A DNA stretch of 63,761 nucleotides, filler included, from Octopus bimaculoides (lineage: Eukaryota), in assembly GCF_001194135.2 (NCBI RefSeq). It is 5 parts of 5 records of this genome, joined end to end, with 100 filler letters (N's around TTAATTAATTAA, not from the genome) between each part and the next. Parts side by side here need not be neighbours in the genome. Positions count along the whole stretch, not along the records: positions 1 to 27,054 come from NC_069003.1; 4 more parts are not named here. One strand, given 5' to 3'. Shown one piece after another: positions 1 through 13,808 of the stretch (its first letter is position 1; every line of letters starts with the position of its first letter). The notes beneath the pieces were generated by a model. The model made no database searches. It was not told where the DNA came from and was given only the letters and a program-made list of their open reading frames with translations. The position numbers were made by a program, and so were the translations under genes.

Positions 1-747
1 TATATATATATATATAATATATGCATGTGTATGTACCTTGATGTGTGTGTGTGTGTGTGTGTGTATGTGTGTGTGTGTAAATATATAAGTGTATATGTGT
101 TTACGCCTTTATATGTACAAGTATACGTGAGGTACAGTTTCATTATATCACTGAACAAGTTTCAGTAAAATTTTCGCTATCAATAGTATATATATCTCTT
201 GTGTATACATACCGTGAATATTATGAGCGCGTATAATATGTATATATATATATATATATATACACGCGAGTACATAGACTGACATAGACCGGTATGATCA
301 CTTCCACAGCTACATACATACACCTGTGTTCTTGTTAGTGCGCGTGTTTTTGCGTGCATGTGTGTCGCGTATGTGTGCGCGTGTGTGTGGTTTTATGCGT
401 GGCTGTGAGTGTGTGTGTGTGTGTGTGTGCGTGTGTGTGCTTGTGTGTGTATGTTTTATTAAAACACTGAAGTGACTGTTTTAATAAAAACATGTTCGTA
501 GACTACTTTACTCTAAGTGGCTTTGCTGTATTATCTCCTTCACAACTTATCCCCAAATTGATTTGAGTTCGTGTGTGTGTGTGTGTGTGCTGATGTGTGT
601 GAATACATACATACATACATACATATATATATATACATATATATACATATATGATGCGTACTTATTTGTATACACATATACATATGTATATGTATATGTA
701 TACATGTACGTGTATGTATATATATATACATATATATACATATGCAC

Positions 748-791
<44 letters not shown>

Positions 792-2852
792 NNNNNNNNN
801 NNNNNNNNNNNNNNNNNNNNNNNNNNNNNNNNNNNNNNNNNNNNNNNNNNNNNNNNNNNNNNNNNNNNNNNNNNNNNNNNNNNNNNNNNNNNNNNNNNNN
901 NNNNNNNNNNNNNNNNNNNNNNNNNNNNNNNNNNNNNNNNNNNNNNNNNNNNNNNNNNNNNNNNNNNNNNNNNNNNNNNNNNNNNNNNNNNNNNNNNNNN
1001 NNNNNNNNNNNNNNNNNNNNNNNNNNNNNNNNNNNNNNNNNNNNNNNNNNNNNNNNNNNNNNNNNNNNNNNNNNNNNNNNNNNNNNNNNNNNNNNNNNNN
1101 NNNNNNNNNNNNNNNNNNNNNNNNNNNNNNNNNNNNNNNNNNNNNNNNNNNNNNNNNNNNNNNNNNNNNNNNNNNNNNNNNNNNNNNNNNNNNNNNNNNN
1201 NNNNNNNNNNNNNNNNNNNNNNNNNNNNNNNNNNNNNNNNNNNNNNNNNNNNNNNNNNNNNNNNNNNNNNNNNNNNNNNNNNNNNNNNNNNNNNNNNNNN
1301 NNNNNNNNNNNNNNNNNNNNNNNNNNNNNNNNNNNNNNNNNNNNNNNNNNNNNNNNNNNNNNNNNNNNNNNNNNNNNNNNNNNNNNNNNNNNNNNNNNNN
1401 NNNNNNNNNNNNNNNNNNNNNNNNNNNNNNNNNNNNNNNNNNNNNNNNNNNNTATATATATATATATATATATGTATGTATATTATATATAATTGAGTAC
1501 GGCTGTGCGTGCCTCGAAGGACCAGTTGAGACTTATGTTAGGCAGCGTTCAAACAGCAGCGTGGTTGTTGTTGCTGCTGCTTTTGTTATTGTTGTTGTTG
1601 TTTTTGAGATTCTTGCTCGTATGTTTTAGTTCTTTGTTGCCAGTTAGACAGGAGCATTGATGGTAGCGGTAGGGGTAGGAGGAGAAGATAGCTCTCCGTC
1701 ATGCCTGGATAGGCTAGCGTGACGTAATTGATAGTCGTTGCTGCTATATCTCCTTCCTCCCACCCTTTTCCTGTTGTCTCTCTCTTTCCATCGTTTGAAA
1801 CATACACACATACACACACACAAGAATATATATATATTTATATATACATGTAGATAGATAGATAGATAGATAGATCTCATATTATATATCCTTCTGCTAT
1901 AAATCTCTCTTTTTCTCTATCCCTCATCCTTCTCTCCCTTTTCCCTCTCTCATCATCTCTATATAAGTCCTTTCTCGCTCTGTGTTTTTTTCTGTCTCAC
2001 AATCTCACTTATTATTCAGGTTCAATGTGTTTCTTTTTCCACAATTTTCTCTCTTTCCCCCCTCTCTCTCTCTTATCTTATACCTCTCTCCTTCTCTCTC
2101 TTCTTATCCATCCCGCACTCTATCTCTATCTCTTCCCTACCACCTCTCTCGCTTCTCATCCCCCTCTCCCACCCTCTCACTTTATCTTTGTTACTGCCGC
2201 TGATTTTGTTTCATTTTCTCTCTTTATCTCTCTATATCTCTCTATCTTACTTGCTTGTCTCTTTGTTTTTCCTTCTCATTTGCTCCCACCAGAACTACCA
2301 CACATTCTGCACACTCTCCCGTCTCTCTTCATTCTTTCTTCTTTTTCTTTATTCGTCAATTCAACTTCCTCTCTGATTCTTGATTATTTATAGCATGGAT
2401 GGCGTGTTTTGATTTCTTATGCAGCAATAGCTAACCTTTCTGTTTCTCCTCTTGAATAGCTTCTAATATCTATGGTCGGTTGGGAAATCTTTAGTGATTA
2501 GTGTCAGGAAAATCTTAGACACATTTATCATGAAACTGAGGCTTCAGGGTGGGTAGAACCAGATGATATTTGTTTCTCAGAAACTGTTTGGTTTATAGTT
2601 GACTTGCTTGAAATTAGATGCGAACTCGATACGTTTCCGCTCATTTTTAGGGCTTCATTGCAAATGTTGCTGTTTGGGCAAACTAAGATACGTAGAAATA
2701 TAAGGATTAGCTAGCTAAATAGTTAGAAAGACAGACAGACAGACAGATAAATAGACAGACAAACAGACAGGCATGCAGACAGACATGCAGACAGACAGAC
2801 ATGCAGACAGACAGACATGCAGTCAGTCAGTCAGACAGACAGACAGACAGAC

Positions 2853-2905
<53 letters not shown>

Positions 2906-3510
2906 TGAGAAAGAATGTTACTTTCACTCATGTGGAAATACAGAAGAATTGGTTTTGTAGTTGAAAATGTATCTTGGTCATAAAATGAATTTGTCTCTTT
3001 TAAATTTTTTTGATTTCAGCAAAGTTTTACTAATTCANNNNNNNNNNNNNNNNNNNNNNNNNNNNNNNNNNNNNNNNNNNNNNNNNNNNNNNNNNNNNNN
3101 NNNNNNNNNNNNNNNNNNNNNNNNNNNNNNNNNNNNNNNNNNNNNNNNNNNNNNNNNNNNNNNNNNNNNNNNNNNNNNNNNNNNNNNNNNNNNNNNNNNN
3201 NNNNNNNNNNNNNNNNNNNNNNNNNNNNNNNNNNNNNNNNNNNNNNNNNNNNNNNNNNNNNNNNNNNNNNNNNNNNNNNNNNNNNNNNNNNNNNNNNNNN
3301 NNNNNNNNNNNNNNNNNNNNNNNNNNNNNNNNNNNNNNNNNNNNNNNNNNNNNNNNNNNNNNNNNNNNNNNNNNNNNNNNNNNNNNNNNNNNNNNNNNNN
3401 NNNNNNNNNNNNNNNNNNNNNNNNNNNNNNNNNNNNNNNNNNNNNNNNNNNNNNNNNNNNNNNNNNNNNNNNNNNTATATATATATATATATATGTACGT
3501 ATATGTTTGT

Positions 3511-3630
3511 TGTTTGTGTCTGTTAGTCCCCCCCCACCATCACATGACAACCGATGTTGATGTGTTTGCGTCCCCGTCACTTAGCGATTCGGCAAAAAGT
3601 GACCGATAGAATAAGTATTGGGCTTACAAA
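3511..3630 (+). mobile_element. SINE family A, 3' part
   Basis: gacaaccgatgttgatgtgtttgcgtccccgtcacttagcgattcggcaaaa...gaccgatagaataagta; preceded by (TA)n and a gap. Confidence 0.75.
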
Positions 3631-4196
3631 AAATATATGCGCGCGCGTGTGTGCGCACACAACTCGGTCACTATGGACTTCGTCATTCTCTACATAAATT
3701 AATGCAGAACTTTCTTGTTGTGCACCGCAGAAAAAAGCGACGTAAATTTGCCGAACACTTGATGACTCATTAGTAGAATAGAGGTAATGTCATGCTGCAG
3801 ACCCCAGAATTCGCTTTTAAACAATTAAATGTATTCCTTACAAAGTAAATATATGATGTGAATAGCAGAAGGTGTACAAAATTATAAGTTAGATTCGCCA
3901 GTGTAGCAAAATTACCAAGGGATTAACCAGTGTCAAATGATGACAATTTAGAGATAATGGGTACAAAAAAAGCAAGAAAACACATTTTCATGCAACTGGA
4001 TATTATAATTCAATAGACATAGAGCAAAACACGAATTGTACAACGAAAAGCGACGCTCATCGCATACGGAGGTAAAATACGTTACATTTACAGAGTAACG
4101 TTTAACAACAAAACAATGAGAACGATAGTTACATGCAGAAGAATGAATTCACTTAGATGTTTGTGGATCCAGCTTGTCTGAGTTGTCGAAGAAACT

Positions 4197-4233
4197 GTCG
4201 CCTGAAGAATCATAGTAGTGTGAAACTCGTGAT
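4197..4233 (+). ncRNA. Degenerate hammerhead-like motif
   Basis: GUCGC-CUGAAGA-AUCAUAGUAGUGU-GAAAC-UC-GUGAU; stem I pairs with G-U wobbles, stem II weak, G of stem III absent. Confidence 0.35.
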
Positions 4234-4386
4234 AATTAATTTAGTTTAAATAATCTTTCTCTCTCTCTCTCTCCCACTCTCCACCTCTTTCTCACTATAG
4301 ATATAGATATATACGTGTGTCTCTGTGTGCGTATAATCATAAGTATACTCATATATATCGTAAAAGAATATATACATATATGTATG

Positions 4387-4443
<57 letters not shown>

Positions 4444-5170
4444 NNNNNNNNNNNNNNNNNNNNNNNNNNNNNNNNNNNNNNNNNNNNNNNNNNNNNNNNN
4501 NNNNNNNNNNNNNNNNNNNNNNNNNNNNNNNNNNNNNNNNNNNNNNNNNNNNNNNNNNNNNNNNNNNNNNNNNNNNNNNNNNNNNNNNNNNNNNNNNNNN
4601 NNNNNNNNNNNNNNNNNNNNNNNNNNNNNNNNNNNNNNNNNNNNNNNNNNNNNNNNNNNNNNNNNNNNNNNNNNNNNNNNNNNNNNNNNNNNNNNNNNNN
4701 NNNNNNNNNNNNNNNNNNNNNNNNNNNNNNNNNNNNNNNNNNNNNNNNNNNNNNNNNNNNNNNNNNNNNNNNNNNNNNNNNNNNNNNNNNNNNNNNNNNN
4801 NNNNNNNNNNNNNNNNNNNNNNNNNNNNNNNNNNNNNNNNNNNNNNNNNNNNNNNNNNNNNNNNNNNNNNNNNNNNNNNNNNNNNNNNNNNNNNNNNNNN
4901 NNNNNNNNNNNNNNNATATATATATATATATATATAACTTTAACTACCTCAATATCTATCTAATATATGTATAAATGTAACACAAACACTATATGTGTAT
5001 ATATGTACATATCTATACGGGCAATACTATACATATATTTTATTGCTAAAGTTATATAAACATAAACAAAACTTTACCATTTTACCAATAATCTATACGT
5101 TATATATATATATTCCCTTCTCGCACACTTATACAAATAGATATATACATATATTCATTACATAATTACA

Positions 5171-5223
<53 letters not shown>

Positions 5224-5520
5224 ACTTATGCAAACACAGAAATACATTACAATAACATGGCCGCTAGATATTCAGTATTTTTTCTTACTCAATTTCCAAT
5301 CATTTTTCTCTGATGTTGCAACATATTAACTTGCAGTGACGTGCTGTTTCAATTTGTGATTAGCAACCCGAGGGTAACCTCTTTCAAATACCATCCTCCC
5401 CTATCTCTCTCTTTCTCCCTCTCTCCTCATTTGCTATTTCATTTCCTGAACCAGCTCTCTGTTTTCTCTCTTCAATTTTTCTCTTCACACAGACTTTACT
5501 TACGACCACTTACATATTTA

Positions 5521-6300
5521 TTCTTAATACGTTCCGCCTGATTGGAACATGAACATGCTAATCCGTGTTGTGTTTAGTCCCTGGAGAACAGTTTCTCCAT
5601 TACGACAAATATGCGTTCATAGCACACTCCATTCATTAGTACAAGTGATTCTTGGATGCTGGTTTTTCGACCTTTTGTGTCTCGTCAGCCAAGAAGTTCC
5701 CCCTGGAATGAAGAATTTTACAAGAGCCGATAGCTGTTCTCTGATCAGTGATATCTACAGACCAATGATAAATCATCATATGCGCAATGGACAGCGAGAT
5801 TAGAAACGATGACTTGCTTATCTGTTCTTGATATGTTTCATCAGAGTCGAGCACAAATATGCAAATCGCTGCTGTGTTTTCTCGCAGGTGAAGAGCATCT
5901 CATTTACGACGAATAAGTGTTCATGACATATTCAGTTCATTAGTACAATGCATTCTAGGATACTGGTGCTTCGACATCATGTGTCTCGTCAGCCAGAAGC
6001 TCACCCTTAGTTAATGAACCGAACCGGAGCCGGTGATTTCTTTTTTTATTTCAGTAAATAAACTATTCGCCGGTAACTGCCAACCCGTGATAAATCGTCA
6101 AATGCATGGTGAACAACAAGATTCGAAACATGATTTGCATATCTCTTCTTAATACGTTCCAGCAGATTCGAACGCTGTTATGTTTCGTCGCAGGAGAACA
6201 GCTTCTAGTTTACTGTAAATATCTGTTCATAATACATTCGATTGTTAGTAGAAGGGAGTCTGGAACAGCCTGTGTTTCGATATCAACCAGAAGCACTGTT
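5521..6300. repeat. Diverged tandem triplication, period ~305-320 bp
   Basis: ttcttaatacgttcc / ttcttgatatgtttc / ttcttaatacgttcc at 5521, 5825, 6146; tgtgtctcgtcagcca and ttcattagtacaa shared by copies 1 and 2. Confidence 0.8.
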
Positions 6301-6636
6301 TAAATGTAATGTGATAAATATCAACAAGGCAAGTGATTCTGTTCGTTTGAAGCAAATAGAGACGTGATATTCGGTGCCTATGTGTGGGCTTGGAGGGGGT
6401 GATAAAAGAATCTCCCGGTCAGTGGGATTGATGTGTGTGTATTGTCGCGTTAGAAATAAAACACATAGGAAATGTTGACATCTACTTTCAGAGAGAGAGC
6501 CATGTTGTTTGAGGATAACTGAGTTGGAGAATTCTGCAAAGTTGGCTATGAACTTCTCTGTATAGAGAGCGAAAAAGGACAGACTGCAGACTGAGAAACA
6601 GGAGACTAGTATGCTGTGTAATTGATGAAGGCAGTC

Positions 6637-7045
6637 TTTATTCTTTTATTCTTTTACTTGTTTCAATCATTTAATTGTAGGCATGCTGGAGCACCGCTTT
6701 GGAGGGTTTTAATCGAAGAAGTCGAACCCAGAACTTATTCTTTGTAAGCCTAGTACTTATTCTATCGGTCTCTTGCCGAACCACTAAGTTACGGGGACGT
6801 AAACACACCGATATCGGTCGTCAAGTGATGGTGGAGGGCAGACAAAGACACGCACATAATGCATATATATATATATACGACGGTCTTCTTTCAGTTTCCG
6901 TCTACCAAACTACCAAATCCACTCACAAGGGTTTGGTCGGTCCAAAGCTTTAGTAAAAGATACTTGCCCAAGTGCAACGCAGTAGGACTGAACCCGGAAC
7001 CGCGTGGCTGGGAAGCAAGCTTCTCACCACACAGCCACCCAAGCG
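6637..7045 (-). mobile_element. tRNA-derived CORE-type SINE (family A), near full length
   Basis: Minus strand: A-box-like TGGCTGTGTGG, B-box-like GGTTCAGTCC, CORE-like ..TTGGGCAAGT.., internal (TA)n, and 3' tail ..aagtactaggcttac..gaaacaagtaaaaga. Confidence 0.8.
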
Positions 7046-7289
7046 CAGATTTTATTTTATTGTAATTTACTGAAGATACTCTTCGAGGTTTTGAGGCTAT
7101 GAAGTAAAAGTTATGTGTGAAGTAAAAGTCGTTGATATGTCATCTTGTTTTCTAGTTTTTGTGGGACAGGATTCTTTTCTAAGCCCATGATTATGAAAGG
7201 TCATGACAATGGACCCTTATTTTTGTCTGTACTGCTGTCACACAGACACCCATACCCACATACGATGATATGTGTGGGTATGTATGTCT

Positions 7290-7510
7290 GTGTTTGGCTG
7301 AAGTCACGTGCCTTAGTAGTTAGGGTATTCGAATCATGGTCGTGTTGCACACTGTGTTCTTGAGTAAGACACTTTATTTCACGTTGCCCCATTCAACTCT
7401 GCTGATAAAAATGAGTTGTGTATGTAATTCAAAGGGCTAGCCTTGTCATATCCTGTGTCACGCTAAATCTCACTGAGTACTATATTAAGAGTAGATATGT
7501 CTGTGGGACC
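7290..7510 (+). mobile_element. tRNA-derived SINE family C, diverged
   Basis: tgtgttcttgagtaagacactttatttcacgttg...aaaaatgagttg...taattcaaagggctagccttgtca. Confidence 0.6.
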
Positions 7511-8801
7511 CTCTACTCTACAAAAGCTGAAGATTGATGTTTTATGCTTCGTTTAGTATGCCAGTCCCAGCCAAAAAATGATGAGTGCTTCAGGCCCCCA
7601 CCATTAGCTACAATGATATACTAAAAGAAAGCTATGAAAGTTTTAATGTTTTTTCGCAAGTCCAGATAATTACTGACATACTGTTTGTAAATAGGCCTTC
7701 TAAAAACAGGCTTTTCTGGCTTTTTTTTTTAATCTGAGAAGCCTTTCAAAAACATTTCAAAGTCAATGGCTTTTGTAATGTAATTTTCTATGTATAGTAT
7801 CACAAGGTTATTTAAAATAGTCTCTCTTGTAAAATTGTTGACTGTAGGTTTTAATTATTTTTACTTTTGAAAATCTTCATCCACTTGATACGACTTTTAC
7901 GGGAATTGGTAAATAAATCTACAAAGCAATAAAAGCTTTAGGAAATGTTTAAGTCATCATCACATCCCCTGTTCAAACGTGTGCGCGGAGCTTAATTTGA
8001 ACAAATCTGTTTAACACCTTAGCTGTTAGATAGGTGGTCAGAAGATCTGATTTATGCATAAACATTGATATTCTGATAAGAACTAAGGTCGGCTGTTGAT
8101 AAAATAGTGAAAAATTGCTGTAAAATGTCTGGTATTTTGATCAAACCCACAAAACATTGATGGCAGTAAGTGTTGTAGAATGAGCATGATGACTAATGAT
8201 TCATGTTGACTAATGATTCGTGATGACAAATGATTCATGGTTTATTCCCCTCACCCATTTCAGGAATACTATTATATTTCCTATGTTTAATATTCCTAAG
8301 TATTCGAGGGAAGGAAAAACGTCAACAATACATGGATCACATGATGTGTGTGGGTATGCGTGTCTGTGTTTGCGTGTATGTGTTTGTCTTTCTATGTCTT
8401 CGTGAATGTACGTGTGCATGTGCGTGCATGTGTATGTGTGCTTGAATGTGTCTGAGTGTTTGTGTGTATGCATGGGTGGGTGTCCGCGTGTCCGTATATC
8501 TGTGTCTGTTGGTATGTGTTTGCATGTGTGTGAGTGTGATCGTGTGTGTGTGTGTCTCGAGTGAAAACGTTTTATTGAAGTATTTTCATATTACCAAGCC
8601 CGGACCTTGTCAGTAAAAGATGCCAACCATTTCTACAGAGAGCAGGTATCAGCAAGGCATGGTGCTATGATATTGAAATGATTCCTGCTGACTTTTCATC
8701 ACACAATTTTATGTCTAACAGTGTATTACATCATATTATATAATTAACTCTTAGGAGAAACACCGCTGCATATTTATACAAACAAACACACACGCACTCA
8801 C

Positions 8802-8836
<35 letters not shown>

Positions 8837-8905
8837 CAAACACACACACGCACACACACACACATATGCATATGTATATGTTTGTATGTATGTATGTATG
8901 TATGT

Positions 8906-8947
<42 letters not shown>

Positions 8948-8948
8948 T

Positions 8949-8979
<31 letters not shown>

Positions 8980-9259
8980 GATTGTATGTTTTGGGTTTTC
9001 TTGTTGTTATGCACCTATATGCGAGCCTATGTATGCGTTGAAGAATATAAAATAATAACATGTAACAGAGTGATATCTAATTTGAAGCAACCATGTCAAT
9101 ATACAATAGCAGATTTAAGTGAACATATGAATATCACAGGCAATGCATCATCAAAGATAAGTATACCGTCGCCATATTGTATATTTTCTATTGGTTAACT
9201 TGGTGATGATTGCAGTTGAAATTTGACATATATATACGTGTGTGTGAGTATGTGTGTGA

Positions 9260-9294
<35 letters not shown>

Positions 9295-9450
9295 GACATT
9301 GATGTATATATATGTCCCAATGCATATACATATTTATGCATTATGTATACGTTTATATAAATTCTAATTTATAAATATGTGTATATATCTAAACGTATAT
9401 ATGCATATTTCCATTTAAGATGTGACAACGTTTTATGCTCTTCAAGTCAC

Positions 9451-9481
<31 letters not shown>

Positions 9482-10287
9482 ATACAAATAATATATATAC
9501 AAATGCATATATACACACGTACATGTACAAACCTGTAGGTATGTACATGTGCATGTGCATATATGCATATGTATATATATTATTTGTATTATTATGTGAT
9601 TGAACGCCACGCAACCTCTTCCAAGTATCTTTTATCTTAATAATTCTGATGTGCACTCTATACGATCTTTTTACTCTTTCGTTTTTCTCTCTTCCTCTCT
9701 CTTATTCTTTTATCTCCTCTTCTCCCACTATTTTATCCTATTACTCTTTCGTTTTTTCTCACGTATCCTATCGCCAAATTTTTTCCTCTCCCCTTCACAG
9801 TTCTCTGTCTGTCATTTTCTCTCTCCCTCACTCTTTCTCCTTTGCTCACTTGGCTCCCACGTGACCATCGGAATCTTTCTTTCTTCTCCTAACTTGTGCT
9901 TCTTTCTCTCCGTTGTAGCTGGATCGGAGGAAGACGTGTTCTTGTCTATCTCCTGTCCAAACTTGATTTACGCGTTTGCCACCACAACCTCGTTTAGGCT
10001 TAGCAGTCCTTCCTGTTTGTTTTCACTGTCCTATTTTTGTTACCAATTTAGACCCTCCGCAATAATCCCAAATTTTATTTAATTTGCTTTGCGGCAGTAA
10101 CTTTTATCTAAAGCGTATCTTGTGAATTGCACTTCCCCGCCACTAATCCTTAATAAATTTCTAAAGTGGAACATGCACCGATCCCATTGCCCGACTGGTA
10201 AAGGGTTGTGAGCGCCTGACGATATACTACAAAGGTGGAACTAGGTACAATGCAGGATGGGATATAGGTTGCCATGGAATTAGGAGC

Positions 10288-10288
<1 letters not shown>

Positions 10289-10352
<64 letters not shown>

Positions 10353-10400
10353 TAGTAATAATAATAATGATGATGGTGATGATGATGGTGGTGATGATGA
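10289..10400. repeat. (TAA)n grading into (TGA)n microsatellite
   Basis: Directly visible. Confidence 0.95.
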
Positions 10401-10404
10401 TGAT

Positions 10405-10925
10405 GATGATGATGATGATTAATTGATTGGAAGTGTTATCATGTACATGGTTTGTCTTCGTGTGAATGATGGGCTACAGCAAATATTCTGCTCAATACCA
10501 CAGATTTGCTCGTGAGTTGTTTGACCTTAACCAGTTGAGCATGTCCCTTGGTGGCTGACGATATGTGCGTCTCTGATCACGAGCAGAAGTAGTGGGAGAG
10601 CATCATAGCCACCTGTTGAGAGGAATTCTTTAGGGTTTGAATAATTCACCTCTGGAAATATGGGTATTTCGTTCAACATCCTTAAACAACTCGTATTCAA
10701 GGATCTTTAGAGGGTGATGGGCTACTCAACCCCAAGAACATTCTAGCTAGACCCCCACCCGCAATGTCATGCGATGTTTGTCTTGATATGCAATCACCAT
10801 GTCGCGCACACATGGCTGTGATGCCTGTGCCTTATCAGGCGGGTAGTCATGGTGATCATGTTGGGTTTCGTATATTTTACCCCCAGTGTCACCTTGATGG
10901 CATGCGCTGCTTTCTGACTCATTAA
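10405..10925. mobile_element. Dispersed ~500-bp repeat 'X' flanked by TAA-type arrays
   Basis: Shares ggaagtgttatcatg...gaccttaaccagttgagcatgtcc...gagcatcatagcc...gggtttgaataattc with 27508-27750 and with the reverse complement of 61435-61945. Confidence 0.75.
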
Positions 10926-11683
10926 GCATAATGATAATAATAATTAATATGGTCACAAAGTGTGAAAGGTGGGCCAAAATAGGACCATAAAATTCAAGAT
11001 CAAATATTAGAATAAAAGCGAATTGAGAGCAATATGTCGTTACAATACAAAATGAAAAAGGTGGAAGGTTGAGAAGCAGACTTTGAAATTGAATGTTACA
11101 CCAAACCATCGAACTGGACACCACTGCGTATTACTGAAGATCCCCTCCTCTCCCTTTCTCGTTTTCTCTCTTCGTTCCTCTCTCTATCTCTTCTTCTCAT
11201 TCTCTTTCATTTTCCTCCTTCCTTCTCCCTCTCCCTCCTCCCCACTCTCTCTCCATCTCTTTCTCTCGATCTGTCTCTCCTTCTATCCCTCTTACCATCT
11301 CCCATCTCTCCTTACCTGTCTCTCTGCCTTCCACTCCCTCTCTGTCCCTCCCTTTCTCCCACTGTCTCCCTCTTTTTCTCTTCCCCTTCCAAACCATCTC
11401 TCTCTGTCTCTCTTTTATTGTTCAACTGAAAAATTACTGTAAAACTCTGAAGCGCCTCTATCTGCAGGGAAAGACATTTTTTGAAAAAAATAAAAGAAAG
11501 AACATTTTCAACTTAACATTTTTCTCTACACCACAAACACTACCACCACCAGCACTACTACCACTGCTACTGTTACAACTACTACTACTATTCGCTCTCT
11601 CCTCCTCACATTCTTTCTCATACACATGCACACATACACACTCATATACATACCAATATATATATATATATACACATACACAC

Positions 11684-11769
<86 letters not shown>

Positions 11770-11915
11770 CATATACAGACATACACACACACACATACAC
11801 ACACACACATACACACACACACACGAACAAACACGCACACATACACACACTTCCCACGTTTTCTGTACCTTAACTACCCCCAAAGTCTTACCCACATTCT
11901 CTCTCTTTCTGTCTC

Positions 11916-11946
<31 letters not shown>

Positions 11947-13763
11947 CTCTCTCTCTATCTTAACTTTTTATAAATACTCTCCACCATATTTCTCCCGTTT
12001 CCTCTATCTCTTTCCCATTTTCTGTCTTTCCCTTTCTCTCTATCTCTGTCTTTCTCCATCTTCTCTCTGTCTCACCGTCTTCCTCCTATCTCTCTCCTTT
12101 CTTCTCACTTTATCTCGCCTGTGTTGTGTATCTCTGCCTTTTCTTTCTCTCTTTCTCTCCTTCTCTCCTTCTCTCCTTCTCTCCTTCTCTCCTTCTCTCT
12201 CTCTCTTTCTCTCCTTCTCTCCTTCTCTCTCTCTCTCTCTCTCTTTCTGGCTTCTAGGATTCCTTTGATCGTCACCCTGTCTTTCGTCGTAACGCATACA
12301 CGCTTTCTCTATCTCTCTAATCTTCCACACATTTTTATATTCATCTCTCTTTCTTTCTCTCTCTCTCTCTCAACCTTTCTCTTCTAATTTTTCTCCTCCT
12401 CTCTTTTCCTCCATCTCTTCCATCTCCCCTCCCCTTTCCTATTCACTTTCTGCAGAGGATTTCTGGTGTTCATTTGATTTACCGAAGCGTGTTATCAACT
12501 TCCTATACTTGAGTATCAACCAAAGTTCAGTATTGCTCTACGTTCTGAGGATTATTAAGATGGTTAGGCGCTAGCATAGAGGCCAGATGGTGGCATTGTG
12601 TAACGTGGGCTGGTTGTAGATTGTAAGAGAAAGAGAAGAAAGGTGTAGTGTTGAGGGGTGGAATGCTGTTGCCCTCAATGCTGTTTTCTATCAATATATT
12701 CATTACATCGACAAAGACAATTACTGCGATTGAAAAGTCCGTTTTCGTCGTAAAACGAAAGTGAAAGTAGAGAGCGGAAGTGATAGCGAAAAGAAGAAGC
12801 CGTGATAATGTGAAAGGTTATTAAGCGGGTAAGTAAATAAATAAGACAGTTGCAGAGGGAAATACTTAGTAAGTAGAGAAAGGAAGGTTGAAAGAAGGCA
12901 AGGAAGAAAGCAAGGATGTTAATAAGGAAATAGCAGAGGAAAGAGAATGTTAGGAAACAAGACAGCAGAATGGAATAAAAGGACATTTGTTAGAGAAATG
13001 TGGTTTCGTTTTGTAGAATGTTGATACATTGTATAACGAGATAAATGAATGTCGTAGATGGATGGATACCTGAATGAAGACAAAGGGGATGTGTGGGTTT
13101 TTAGGTGGGTGGATGTCTAGATGATAGGATGGATGGATGGATGGGTGGATGGGTGAAGGGATGATGGGTTATATTAGTAGAGATTGAATGAAGGAGAGAT
13201 GGCGGATAGCTGAACGGATGATAGATAAATACATGGACANNNNNNNNNNNNNNNNNNNNNNNNNNNNNNNNNNNNNNNNNNNNNNNNNNNNNNNNNNNNN
13301 NNNNNNNNNNNNNNNNNNNNNNNNNNNNNNNNNNNNNNNNNNNNNNNNNNNNNNNNNNNNNNNNNNNNNNNNNNNNNNNNNNNNNNNNNNNNNNNNNNNN
13401 NNNNNNNNNNNNNNNNNNNNNNNNNNNNNNNNNNNNNNNNNNNNNNNNNNNNNNNNNNNNNNNNNNNNNNNNNNNNNNNNNNNNNNNNNNNNNNNNNNNN
13501 NNNNNNNNNNNNNNNNNNNNNNNNNNNNNNNNNNNNNNNNNNNNNNNNNNNNNNNNNNNNNNNNNNNNNNNNNNNNNNNNNNNNNNNNNNNNNNNNNNNN
13601 NNNNNNNNNNNNNNNNNNNNNNNNNNNNNNNNNNNNNNNNNNNNNNNNNNNNNNNNNNNNNNNNNNNNNNNNNNNNNNNNNNNNNNNNNNNNNNNNNNNN
13701 NNNNNNNNNNNNNNNNNNNNNNNNNNNNNNNNNNNNNNNNNNNNNNNNNNNNNNNNNNNNNNN

Positions 13764-13808
<45 letters not shown>

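Noticed and set aside
540-1629. Long ORFs rich in YI/CV/HT/X (here and throughout the track)
   Set aside because: Translations of (TA)n, (TG)n, (CA)n, (TATG)n and N gaps.
10268-10281. RFX X-box-like GTTGCCATGGAATT
   Set aside because: Imperfect single motif with no associated gene start.
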